Below, in pieces: positions 26,402 to 39,112 of a stretch of DNA of 64,000 nucleotides; positions within the stretch are counted from its first letter, which is position 1, and the number at the start of each line of letters is the position of its first letter. The position numbers were made by a program, and so were the translations under genes. The notes under the pieces were generated by a model. The model made no database searches, had not been told where the DNA came from, and was given only the letters and a program-made list of their open reading frames with translations. This stretch comes from Octopus sinensis (taxonomy: Eukaryota): positions 126,666,001-126,730,000 of the forward strand of contig NC_042997.1 in assembly GCF_006345805.1 (NCBI RefSeq). Reading direction: 5' to 3'.

Positions 26402-27255
26402 TGCCATGATTGACTGCTAGTCCCTAAAGCTTTTTCTATTCTCTCTCTATTTATTTTCTCATGTTCCTTTCTGTTGAAGAGTGTAGGCTCAAAACATAAA
26501 AAACTTACCTTCCCAAGCATTAAACTAAAACACCTTTGTTTTGTTTATACACCTGTCTTCGTCTTTTGTTTTTCTGTAAATTCTAACTATATATATATAT
26601 ATATACATGCATCTCTTAAGGATATATCCATTCCCCCAAGGAAGGTCTTCCTTAAACAACTCATTAGTGAGACAAACTCCTTTATTAATTGTATAAGATG
26701 GCTTGCTTCCTTCTTTGACAATAAAGACATTATACAACCTTCTAACGATCTAACTTCTGAATTGAAGTAATTATTTAAATCTAAAAACAATTCTGCACCT
26801 AACCCAAGATTAAAACAGTTTGGAAACGATCTCTGGTCTATTGTGAGGAATGTGAGATTCCATCATTCACCCTTAAGGAATAAACATTTGAGGTATCTTC
26901 GCAAAATCACCAAAGAAATTCATAACATTGATGAGATACTGGTCCAATCTGATAAAACAGGAAACTTATACAGACTTACCAAGGATTACTACCTAGAATT
27001 ACTTAGAAAAGAAATGCAAAAGAATGATAGGATTACTGGTAAAAGTGGTATCAGGAAAGCCAACCTTAAAGCTAAGAGAAGTATAGAGAAATAGGACTTA
27101 CAGATGAAGACTGAAGCTCTTGACCCCAAATAACCTCTTTTTATTTTAAAAGATCACAAACCAAATTTCTTTAAAACCCAACATTACGACTTACTTCTCC
27201 TTCTAGCCCTGACATCGATGTACTTAGCAAAGATATTCTAGATAAATGTATTTCT

Positions 27256-27386
27256 AAATAGAAAGAATACATTTCTAAATTTCTCAGAGAGATTTATACA
27301 GTAGTAACACGATAAAGTGGTGGTATGTTGTCAACTTAATGTGACAGTCCCATGAAAGGGAAGAATACTACTGCTATTTAGCCCTA
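27256..27386. repeat. Terminal direct repeat, 3' copy of the gag-like element
   Basis: 124/131 identical to 29456-29586 by manual alignment. Confidence 0.92.
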
Positions 27387-27478
27387 GGAAGCACCGCTTC
27401 CTGTCGGCCTTGACACATTTCTTGTGTCTTTATGTTTACAAAGGGGAAGATAAGCATCCCCACCCAGCAAAACCAGCA

Positions 27479-27521
27479 CCCAGAGATGAGTTTCTGAGTC
27501 ATTGCTCATCATCAGTCTGGA
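27479..27521 (-). ncRNA. Minimal type I hammerhead ribozyme (canonical C3-G8 core)
   Basis: Minus strand reads ccaga-CUGAUGA-ugag(caauga)cuca-GAAA-cuca-UC-ucugg: stem I 5 bp, stem II 4 bp, complete core; stem III reduced to the A-U pair with a 4-nt loop. Confidence 0.72.
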
Positions 27522-27808
27522 GTAGCATAGCTTGCTAGCTTTATTCTTTATTACGAGCACATTGGCTCTTACAAAGAAGGGATGAACAAAGACAGACAAC
27601 ACAATACAGTGGGGTACATAAAACATAAATCGAATGAAATTATGAATATAATGATATAATGAAAAATGAAATGTCTTACCTGTACCCCACACACAGGTAG
27701 TGTCATTTAACTGTTTATGTAACACATTATGCATGAACAGTTCATTATTCTTCTTTACAATGCTTTTTTTAAAAACATTATTTTAAGTTTTACAAATTTC
27801 ACTTACTT

Positions 27809-29112
27809 TCAATTTACTATGTACTCTATTATGTCATCAAATGGCACCACTGGTGGTAGTTCGTCACATCGAACCAGCAACTCTGTTATTACAATTTGTT
27901 CACCAAATAATTCTTTTAATCTTTCTACTTTGTCTTCGGTATCCTTCCTCCCTGACAATTTTACTCTGATTACATTTTTCATTTTAGTGATCCATTTCTC
28001 TATTTCTACGCTCTTTTTATACTCTATCATTATCCTCACATTTTTTCCTTTCGGTATTCCTTCCCGTTTTCCATCTCTATTCCCTCCTGATGTTCCTGGT
28101 TTTTGTGTCTCAACCATTTCTATCTCTGTTTTACTCTTTATTGTTGCTTTATTTCCTTTCTGCATACTTGTTTTTTCTTCTGTAATTTCCTTTTTTGTTA
28201 TTTCTGTTCTTTAAATTTGTATCTCCTCTATGTTGTCCTTCCTCTATTTTGCAGGCTTTTTGGTGCTGAATATGCATTTTCATCTCTTTTCTTCTTTCTT
28301 TTTCCTTCTACATATTCCATCTTTTCACTTACTTGACCTTGTGCTACAACTCCTTGTTCCACTTCCTCCCCCTGCTGCTCCTGTTCTACTTCTTGTTTCT
28401 GGGGACACCTTGCTTTCATGTGTCCCCGTACTCAACAGTGGTAGCAGATGGGAGGTCTACCTTCCACTACCACTCTTAATTTAACATCCTTTGGCAATAT
28501 AATTTCATCTACAGTTTTATGCAGGTACAGCAAATTAATTTGGACTGTCACCTTGAGGCCGTATCTAAACCAGTTTACTTCTGTTGTCCTCGTGACCTTC
28601 AGTACATTGGTCTCCTCCTCCATGTTGAAGAGGATGGCTGCCACCAGCCATGCATCATCGATTTCTGGGGGTACTCTGCCAATCCTAACTCTGGCTGCAT
28701 GTTTGCCACAGTAGATTGGCAGTAGTGCCCACTCTTCCAACCTCAATGGCACCGTGGAGCACTTTATTGCATCCTGTTTGGTCACAAACCATACCTCCAC
28801 TGTGCCATACTTCTTGCCTCTGGTGTAGAATATCGTTAGTTATTTAATGTCCTTAAGACATTCTTTAACGGTCACTATTTTCACCCTTTTACTTGAGTTT
28901 AACAGCGTTCTATACACTACAGTTCTTTTAGCTGTTTCCTCTATTACTTCTTTTGGTGGAGTCAGCCTCAGGCTGTTTCCTTCCTTAACTATGAGTTCGT
29001 TAGACTTTTCCGATCTCTTTTTGTCGAACTTCACTTTTTGCACTTGCAAAACATCGTTATTCAAACCCCTTCCTGTTGCTGCAGCATGGCTGATGGCTGG
29101 TTGGGTCTCCAT
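27809..29112 (-). pseudogene. Decayed gag/ORF1-like nucleic-acid-binding protein (RRM-like motif + CCHC zinc knuckle)
   Basis: Track ORFs 28840-29112, 28432-28800 and 28228-28419 share one frame. Read-through gives RGKKYGTVEVWF (RNP1-like) and CYHC*VRGHMKARC (CX2CX4HX4C), then an acidic and a basic tract. Confidence 0.7.
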
Positions 29113-29455
29113 TACTACGTTGCTTCACACTTGTCACAAATGACAAGAAAATTTCCAGAAAATATATCCATAAAAATCACAGTTCATAATAAAATTAACA
29201 GAAATTTTTCCACCCCACAGGACAGAAATTACTGTTTTTCAAAGGACAACAGTTCAATTTCAATTGAAGTATTTCACTTCAAAATAACATAAATTTACAA
29301 TTAACAGAACAGGAAACGAACTCACATACTGCAGGTAACAAACTGAAGTCAACAATGTGTCGCAGATGTAAAAGGCATGGCCTTGCTAGCTGTCGATGCC
29401 TATCTGCCTCTGTAAACATGTAATAATTCAAGTGAAATACATTCACTGATTTCAA

Positions 29456-29586
29456 AAATAGAAATAATACATTTCTAAATCTCTCAGAGAGATTTATACT
29501 GTAGTAACACAATAACGTGATGGTATGTTGTCAACTTAATGTGACAGTCCCATGAAAGGGAAGAATACTACTGCTATTTAGTCCTA
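29456..29586. repeat. Terminal direct repeat, 5' copy of the gag-like element
   Basis: 124/131 identical to 27256-27386. Confidence 0.92.
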
Positions 29587-31774
29587 CTATATTCCTACTT
29601 TAGTTAAAAAATTAAAGCTTAATTTATGGTCTAATTCATTCCAAATGGTCGACTGGTTTAATTCTATTAATAACAAGAAGTGCACTAAGTTTATCCAGTT
29701 TGACATTTCTAGTTACCATTCCTCTATTAACCCTATTGTACTCAACAAGGTACTCTGATTTGCACACAACAAAGCAGGTCTCTCCAGGGATGAAATTAAT
29801 GTGGTGTTAGCCACCAGAAAATCAATCTTTAAATTTGAAAACAAGCTGTGGATCTGTAAAGATACGGCCAACAATTTTGATGTCACGATGGGAAGTTCTG
29901 ACTCAGCATAATTGGCTGATTTGGTCTGTATATATATCCTTTATGAGATGGCTGACCAATTCCCAAACATCAATGGAGGTCTATATCATGATGATTGTCT
30001 ACTCTACCTTCAAAATGCTCCTAATCAAAAATTACAAAAGGTTAAAAATATGTTGGTTAAATTTTTCCAAAATATGGGCTTAAGCATTGTTTTCTATGAC
30101 GATATAACTAAAGCCAACTTTTTGGATATTACCCTTAACTTACATAATGCTTCGTATTTCCCATATCATAAACTCTCAACTAATTTAAGATATATTAGCT
30201 CTTTCAGTAATCATCCAAAGGCTATTACAAGGAATTTGGTTAGAAATATTTCACTTAGACTTTCTAGATTATCTGCCAATGTTGATATCTTCAATGATAA
30301 AGCTGAATTTTATAACTCTGCTTTACTTAACGCAGGCTATAAAGAAAAAAAAATACTTATATTAACCCTATTGACATTAATTCTACCTCTATTAATCAGA
30401 ACATAAAAACACATCATAATGGTAATAGCAATATAAATTTTAGTTTGAATAACAACACTAAATTAAAAAATGTAATTTTGCAGCTTGAGGGAAATAACCA
30501 TTCTTTAAGACCCTTTTTACATTATAAAAGTAAATATAGGACTTTTAAAGATAATTACCCTAATAACAAGGTATGTCCTAGTAAAACTGTTTGGTTGATA
30601 ATTCCATATGGTAAGCAGATCAAATCCAATCTCCCTTACACGTTTTGTGAAGCTATAGATAAGAATTTCCCCCAAAATTCAAGATACCATTCCATTATCA
30701 ATTCACACCAAATTAGAATAAGATTTCCAAACACCAAAACCCTTTAACAAATCATCACTTCACATAATAATAAGTTGTTAAATACAAATCCACTTAATGA
30801 AAATAATACCATTGATATTATCAACACTAACCATTATTTGAACAATAATAACAACAATATTAATGTTTCTGATATAAATCAAATCACATTCGTTTGCTTA
30901 GCAGTAATTCTAAGACTAGAAACTCTGTTTATCAATGTAAAATTACTTCCAGTTCTGATGTCTTTTTTTTACATAGGTAGTTCTTCATCTCAGTTGTCCA
31001 AAAGAATATCTAATCCTTACTCTACATTTAGTCATATCAATAAACACTATAATACTGGGCTTAGTAAATTAATTTGGTCTCTTAAGGAACATAAACAGTT
31101 TGATTTGGAATGGAATATTCTAACTAGATCCTTTCCATATGAAAAATGTTAATCCTTTTGTCCAGTCTATAATGAAGAAGAGTATTTCATTGTGTTCTTG
31201 GAGAATTCCCTTGTAAACACATTTAAAGAACGCATTTATCACTACAAACATTGGCAAAACATACCTTTAGTTCCTATAAGTAATTTCTACCAATCCATAA
31301 AATTTCATTTTATCTGTCTTCTTACATTTTATTTCCACTACATATATCTATTTACATGCCTTTATCACACTATATTTCTCCACTATTAATTTCTTTCTTT
31401 CTCCTCCTTCTCTTTCTTTAAATTGCCTTTGACGTTAAATCTATTAACAATTTTAAAAATAATAACTTGCCAGTGTTCCCTTCATCACATACGTGGTAGT
31501 CACATTCAGTTAAAATGACTTACTGATGTGTTTTGCTTCTCTTTTTTCTCTGATGAGATGATTACATTGTTTTAATTCATTTTATTCCCTCAGGAATGAT
31601 ACCACTGTTTTCTTCGAAGTATATGTCAGAGGTATAAAGATTTGAATAACACCTGCATTTAACTCCATTTCTTTATATATATACACACACACTCACACAT
31701 ATATATACATATATATATATTTAGTGAGGGAAGAAATGGAGCTGAACGAAGCTTTTACAAAATTCCTTTTTATT

Positions 31775-31860
31775 ATTTTCTACATATGTTTCAAAGGCTG
31801 CAAAGTCCCTAATTCGGATTGAATAAGGAGACCATTTTGCAGCTTTCTCTTCAAGAAAAT
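31775..31860 (-). ncRNA. Type I hammerhead ribozyme with long stem II (U3-G8 core)
   Basis: Minus strand reads auuuuc-UUGAAGA-gaaagcugcaaa...uuugcagccuuu-GAAA-cauaug-UA-gaaaau: stem I 6 bp, stem II 12 positions with one mismatch, palindromic CAUAUG stem III. Confidence 0.7.
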
Positions 31861-32531
31861 CCAGGAACTTAAATCTCCAACAAAATGCACAGCAAGCTTT
31901 CGACAAACGCTCTCTAGGAGCCCATGGTATGAATTTCCGCACTAAGGCACGGGTTTGAGACCCCATGGTCGTAACCTCAACCGGGATTTTTCTGTTGTGA
32001 TTTTTGCTACCCAGGTATCGGTTATAATTTGAATAATCTGTAACAAGATAATTCATTTATCCATTTCAATATACATATATATATATATATATATAATATG
32101 TATGTATGTGTGTATGTATGTATGTATGTATGTATGTATACTCCCAGTGGTCGGATGGTTTGTCACTAGGTAGTAATCATGATGTCTCTGAGAGTGATAC
32201 TTACATTGTAGAAGCATTCATCATGTTCATCCAATGACATACAAACATTTCTTTGTGGTAACCTCATTTGTTATTCCATCTACTCAAAAGCACAATGCTG
32301 ACAGAAGACTGGTGATTTGGTGCATACCAAACCAGTAAGAAGGGTCAACTTCAAGTCAGAAAGTCAAAAACGTTTGAGACCTTGATTGGGGAACCTTTTA
32401 TTCCACAAAGTGACCAGAAGTGAAAGTTACAGCTTTCTTCAGTTGGCTTTGCTTCAAACTGCAAATCTGCAACAGGACTGAACAATCTTCTGAGGAAATG
32501 GCAATCATCTGTAAAGCTGGAGCAATTACTA

Positions 32532-32575
<44 letters not shown>

Positions 32576-32659
32576 TAGAGACATTGTGCTGTAACAGCAT
32601 GTCACTGCATCTACCATTTGTTGGCGAATCTCTATTCCTGGTTGATGACTGATTTTTTT

Positions 32660-32954
32660 TCCATGGACCCTGTACTTATTTCCTGTTCTTGGGCCAGTTG
32701 CTGAATAGTTATGCAACACTCCTCCAAAATGGTGGTTTCCACTTAATGGATGGTGTTGCTATCAATGGTGGAATGTGGTCATTCAGGAATAGGAGCAGTT
32801 TCCACCAATGTCTGACAACATTTGAACTGGCAATGCCAGGACTTCACTACACAGTATGATGGTGCATCGTCACCATAAACTTCTTTCATCTCATCAAAAG
32901 TCTCTTTTAGTGTACAACCTTTTAAGTATAAGAACCTGATCACTGATTTGCATT

Positions 32955-32960
<6 letters not shown>
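32660..32960 (-). mobile_element. Mariner transposase N-terminal (HTH) fragment
   Basis: KSVIRFLYLKGCTLKETFDEMKEVYGDDAPSYCVVKSWHCQFK matches the mariner N-terminal pattern VIxFL..G..EI..EM..VYGDxAPSY..VxxW..FK. Confidence 0.72.
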
Positions 32961-32994
<34 letters not shown>

Positions 32995-33790
32995 CATCAT
33001 CATCATCGTTTAACATCTGTTTTCCATGCTAGCATGGTTCGACTGGGGTCTGGGAAACCAGGAGGCTGCACCAGGCTCCAGTCTGATCTGGCAGTGTTTC
33101 TACAGCTGGATGCCCTTCCTCATGCCAACCACTCCATGAGTGTAGTGGGTGCTTTTTTCATGCCACTGGCACAGGTGCCAGGGGAGGCTGGCAATGGCCA
33201 CGATCGGTTGGTGCTTATTATGTGCCACTTGCATGAGAGCCAGTCAAAGCGATACTGGCATCAGCCATGTTCGGATGGTACTTTTTACGTGCCACCGGCA
33301 CGGGTATCAAAACTACAATTTCTATTTGATTTTTATTTTGATGTTGATGTACTTGACTCAATAGGTCTCCTCAAACACAGCAGGTCGCCCTACGGTCCAA
33401 GGTAAGCACAGCAGGCTGTCCTGTGATCCAAGTTACTTTGAATGGGCTGGAGCTGCTATGTGAAGCTGGTGCAAGAAACAGCCATGAACTCATGCTATTT
33501 GTCAGGTCTTCACAGTCACAGCATATCTCCAGAGGTGTTGGTCTTTTGTTATTGCCTCTGTGAGGCCCAATGTTCGAAGGTCATGTTTGACCACCTCATC
33601 CTATGTCTTCCTGGGTCTACCTCTACCCCGGATTCCTTCAACTGTTTGGGAGTGGCACTTCTTCACACATCTGTCCTCATCCATCCATAGTACATGACCA
33701 TACCAGTGCAAACGTCTCTCTTGCACACCACATCCAATGCTTCTTATGTCCAGCATTTCTCTCAGAGCGCTTACACTCTGTCGTGTGTAT
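32995..33790 (-). mobile_element. RTE-clade LINE 3' fragment with 3' UTR and (GAT)n tail
   Basis: Minus ORF: TRQSVSALREMLDIRSIGCGVQERRLHWYGHV..GRGRPRKT; same family as 51890-52339. Confidence 0.85.
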
Positions 33791-33847
33791 ATATATATAT
33801 ATATATATACACATACACACACACACACGTGCACACACACACACACA

Positions 33848-33886
<39 letters not shown>

Positions 33887-35734
33887 CACACACACACATA
33901 CATATACACACATCAATCATTGTTTTAATGCCTACTTTTCCATGTTTGTATGGGTCTGATGAGACTTCACTAACATAGAATTTTCTAAGCCCAGCTGTCC
34001 TTCTTGATGCCAACCCCTAAATGTATCAAACATTGTACAGTCAGGAGATGTTTTCACAGAGGGCTGCAAACAAAGGACACTGTTTATATGAATGGTGATA
34101 CATGTTTACAATCAGTGCACATATGTATAAACAGGTCAAGAAACCCAAATATGTTTTTATGATGGACTTTGCTCAGAATTGCCATTTGCATGAATGGTGA
34201 AGCCAAGATGAGAGGAATATTCACTTTGTCAACCATACGCATGTGCATGCCCCCCCCACACACTGGCACTCCATTGGTTATAGTGATGAGGGTTCTAGTT
34301 AATCCATTCAACAGAAGAACATGCTTGTGAAATTAGCATGCAAGTGGCTGAGTACTCCACAGACATGCCGACATGCAGACCCTACAGACATGCAGGCATG
34401 CAGACCCCAAGGCAGCAAGCTGGCAGAAATGTTAGCACACCGGGCAAAATGCTTTGTGATATTTTGTCCGCTGCTGTATTCTGAGTTCAAATTCTGCTGA
34501 GGTTTTGGGGTCAATAAATTAAGTACCAGTTATGCATTGGGGTCGATGTAATCGACTTAATCTGTTTGTCTGTCCTTGTTTGTTCCCTCTATGTTTAGCC
34601 CCTTGTGGGCAATAAAGAAATAAGACATACGGACCCTTAATGTAGTTCTCAGGGAGATTCAGCATGACATAGAATGTGACATGGCTGGCCCTTTGAATTA
34701 CAGGCTGAATTCTTTTTTTGCCAGCTGAGTGGACTGGAGCAACATGAAATAAAGTGTCTTGCCGAAGGATCCGATGCACTGCTGGGAATCGAACTTATGA
34801 TGTTATGATTGTGAGCCAAATACCTCTAACCATTAAGCTACTTGCCTTCACACAGATACACACACACACACATACAAACATTTATACGTAAGATGACAAT
34901 GATGCTGATTCTTTCTTTTGGAGGAGAGACTTAACATTTACAATCATATATCTCTTCTCTTCCCTACACTCTCCCAAACATCTTTTCACTTTCCAGCCAC
35001 ATACCCATAACATACATCCATTCCAGCACCTATCTTTAAGTTTGAATAGCTTTCAAAATGCAAGAACTTCTGTAGTCTTTGGTAAAAACAAAATAAAACA
35101 AGCTAAATGTTGTCTGAACTGCTAACAATTCAACTTAAAGCAGGTAACGAATCTTAACCAAAGAACAGAATGGTTATAACAGATTCTCGTATCATGAATA
35201 TGAGATTGTAGTCTGGTACTATATATACTACATTTGTATTAAAGCAACTTAATACATTCTTAGTATATACTTTCTCCTAGGTTATGAATGACATTTTATA
35301 ATTTGGTCCACATGAAAATGATATTAACATAAGTATATTTGTGAATTAACACTTTATATCTATTACCATTCGCTTTCAAAAAAACGACTTTTTCAATGTA
35401 TTGAATGATATAATGTTGACATCACATGAACTTTATAAACTTTCAAGAGAATTCTTTCAAGGAATATTCTGAAGTGTGCACATAATGCTATGAATAATAG
35501 CATATGACACTGGTGGTGTGCCATATAAAAATGCTGGTGTTATGCCACATAGAAAGCACCATGTACACTCTGTAAAGGGGTTGGTTTTAGGAAAGGCATC
35601 CAGTTGCAGAAATCCTGCCAAAACAGACGTTGGAACCTCATGCAGCTCCTGGCTTTGTCAGGATCTGTCAAGCCATCAACCTTTGCCAGCATGGAAAATA
35701 TATGTTAAACAATGATGATGATAAAATATTGTGA

Positions 35735-36290
35735 TAAAAAACCCCTTTTGGATAAGAAAAATCAAAGGCAGCCTGTGGGATTTGAACCCACATCTCCTGC
35801 AGATAAGACAGGAATCCTACAATTGGATCAAAGCAATCCTTTGAATTTTTGAAAATACATTTTGGAGGCTTGATTCCTATCAGGAAGACTTGTATGTTGT
35901 TGACATTGTAAGAATTTTATAAACTTTCAAGAGAACACTAAATAATTCTTTTTTGAAATATCTTGAAGCACACATGTAAATAATAACAAAAATATTGGAC
36001 TGAAAAAAACCCTTTTGAATAAGAATATTTACATTCTATTATTTATAACTTCATGTGCATGTTTTGAAATATTTCCAAAAAATAATTATTTTATGTTCTC
36101 TTGAAAGTTTATAAAATTCTTATGATGTCAGCAACACACAAATTTTGTTAGTATGAATGAAGTTTCTAAAAATAAATTGAGAAATTGAAAGGATTGTTTT
36201 GGTCAAATGGTAGAACACCTGCAAAAGATGTGGGTTTGAGTCTCTTGAGCAAGCCTTTGACTTTTGCTATCCAAAAGGGATTTTCAATCC
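35735..36290. repeat. Diverged palindrome with tRNA-like segments in both arms
   Basis: Best-paired core is 35898-35948 vs 36084-36135. Outer arms hold ggttcaaatccc (minus, about 35775) and tggtcaaatggtag..ggtttgagtc (plus, about 36200-36242). Confidence 0.6.
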
Positions 36291-39074
36291 CATATTGAAA
36301 TCCCATGTAAAAAAGCACCCAGTACACCTGGTATAGTGGTTGGCGTTAGGAAGAGCATCCAGCTGTAGAAACTATACTAAAACAGACATTTGGAGTCTGA
36401 GCAGCTCCTGTCAAACCATCCAACCCATGCCAGCATGGAAAGCAGACTTGAAACGATGATGATGATGGTGATGGTCATGATATTTACATGTTATTATTTA
36501 GATCTTTATGTAAATGTTGTGAGATATATCCAAAGGAAGAATGATATAATGTTAAATGTGCATTTAGTATAATATTATTACAATAAAAATGTCATGTCAC
36601 ACATTTTTACTGGATACTATTTTAGTTTCATTTAAGGTAATTTTATCAAACTAAGAACTTGCCATCAGATATTGCACTTTAACAATTACTGTATACGATA
36701 GCATATAATACACACTTTCTTCCCAAAAGAATGTCTCAAAAAAGCACAAAATACAAAGAAATAAGTTGGGTTTCCCATAAACTAATTTTATTCCTGATAT
36801 TAGAATATGTTAAACGATGATGATAATGATATTAAATATGCTCTACTGAAAATAGGGTGTATCTAATATGTTCATACATATCTTATGCCTTCGGATATGG
36901 AAATTATAATCTTCGCTTTTGTCTATAAGTACATATTATTGTCCTATTAATAGTGTCTGTGTGTGTGAGTACGTTATTTATTTTCCTGGAAAAATATTTA
37001 TTTTTCTGGAAAAATATTTCTTTGCTAAGATCTAGTGAATGCCTTGATTTTGATTCTCCACAGAAAGACACTACCAAAGTGAATGAAGTTTTCCAACATC
37101 AGACACATTTATTTGTCAGAGCAAATGAAATAACAAAAATAAACCACAAAATTGTCATTATGACCATAATCACAATCATTAGCATTTAACACTCATTACC
37201 CATGTTGGCATGAGTTGAACAGGTTGACAAGAGGGCTGCACCAGGTTCTCCATTCATCTGTTTTGGCATGGTTTCTATGGATGGATGCCCCTTCCTAATG
37301 CCAGTCACTTTATAGAGTCTACTGAGTGTTACTTATATGGCTCTGTCATGGGTGCTTTTTAATGTAGGGTCACCATGAATGCTTTTAATGTGGTGCCAGC
37401 ATGGATGCTCTTTACATTGTGCCAATATGAGTTCTTTTTATATGGTGGCAGCAGGAGTGATTTCTTATGTGGTGCTGGTACGGATGCTTTTTATGTGACA
37501 TCAGTACACACACGCTTGTATGCACACATGCACACACATGTACACACACTCACATGCACACATACACTCACATGCACATGTGTGCATGCACACACACACA
37601 CACACGTATGGATGTACGTACGTACACACACACATGCATACATGCACACACTCACACACACATGCACATACACACAAACCCACCCATTCATGCATACGTG
37701 CACACACATGTGCATGTGCTCACATACACACACATGCATGCATGCATGCACACATGCAAGGACACACACACATACACGCACACACACACACACACACGCG
37801 TACATACACATGCACTCACACACTCAAAAACACGCACACACTTAAAAATACACACAGATGTGCACACATACACACGCACACACACACACACACACACATG
37901 GACTGCAGCCATGGTGGGGGGTCTCTGCCTTGAAGAATTTTAGTCAAATGAATTTTCCGCAATACTTGTCGGCCATGATTTTACTAAGCATGATTGACTC
38001 TGTGGGTACTGGTACCACATAAAAAGCACCTGTGAAAACCATGCAATCCAGTTACAGAAGTTCCATCAGTAAAGTGAAAGTAAATGAATTCAGCAATGTA
38101 CTCAGTTATAGACAGGCGTCCATCAGTGTTTGGTAGTCCTCAGTCCCATCCTGTTTACTATAGCCATGGCTGAAAGAGAGGAGTCAAAGGCCTGTTATCC
38201 ATGGGATTACCCATATGTTGTTGTCTTAGTTTTTACAGCTGAATCCCTCAAAAATAAGAGAAGAAATTTGTGACATGGAAGCAAAAATCCCTTTGTCTGT
38301 CTTTGTTTGTCCCCTTTATGTTTAGCTCCTTGCGGGCAATAAAGAAATAAGAAAATCCAGCTCAAAAAAAAGCCTCATGATAGCAAAGGAGAATGGGCAC
38401 CAGCCAGCACAAAGGTTAGGGTGGGCTGCACCTGCCTACCTCAGTTGCTATAACATTGAAGTAGATCCAGCCACCCTCATTAACGGGGACAAAACCTGAA
38501 TTTAAAACACTGGCTGATGATGATGATGTGGCTCTTTAGAAAGCATAACAACCAGAATGAGAAGAAGATGGAAAATGTTTAGGGAGACTATTACCTCTGC
38601 TAGCAGCAAAATGTTTCTTTCTTTGAATGAAGGGAAGATTGTATGATATTTGTGTAAGGTGTGTGATGTGGTATAATAGGAAAACATGGGTACTGAATAA
38701 TGAGGAAGTGTGAAGGTTAGAATGGAAAAGGGAAACTTTCTCTGTTGGATGTTAGTGAGCATGCATGATGCCTGAAAGAAAAACTGGGTTTAAGGAGAAA
38801 CAGAGAAGAAAATGCACAGGTGACAGTTGGGTCAAGGAGTGCCAAATAAAAGGGGAAAAACTAAAGAAGACATAAAAGGAGGTGGTGAAGGTTTGTCTGG
38901 GAGGCTGAACCTTACAACAGAGATGCCAAAAGACCATAATATTTGACAAGAAGATGTACTGGAGAAAATCTATTAAGCCCATACATAAAAGAGGAAAACG
39001 AATTCAGAAATGATGTTGGTGGTAGTGGTGGATGGTGGTGGTGGTAGTGGTGGTGGTGGTGGTGGTGGTGGTGG

Positions 39075-39112
<38 letters not shown>

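Larger units (their letters stand above)
27253..29588 (-). mobile_element. Non-autonomous gag/ORF1-like element with 131-bp terminal direct repeats and a 3' UTR hammerhead
   Basis: Splits the PLE frame between DKC and IPT. Direct repeats 27256-27386 and 29456-29586 (offset 2200, 7 mismatches). One minus-strand frame 29112-28228 with in-frame stops at 28840 and 28432, continuing after a frameshift to 27809. No RT motifs seen. Confidence 0.8.
26605..31640 (+). mobile_element. Decayed full-length Penelope-like retroelement (RT + C-terminal GIY-YIG), interrupted by a 2.3 kb insertion
   Basis: Colinear PLE motifs with stops and frameshifts: SLKDISIPP..FINCIRWLASFF; SDKTGNLY; LKDHKPNF; DILDKC | insertion | IPTLVKKLKLNLW..DWF..KFIQFDI; FDVTMGS; LYHDDCL (YxDD-like); NFLDITLNL..SNHPK; WLIIPY; FYIGSS..KRISNPYSTF..TGLSKLIWSLK..LEWNIL (GIY-YIG). 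Confidence 0.88.

Noticed and set aside
26470-26510. Hammerhead-like ctgttgaagagtgtaggctcaaaac upstream of the PLE ORF
   Set aside because: Core spacing does not fit, GAAA is AAAA, and stems I and III cannot be formed; at most a remnant.
27729-28214. 161-aa hydrophobic + strand ORF resembling a membrane protein
   Set aside because: Antisense shadow of the K/E-rich minus-strand gag-like frame.
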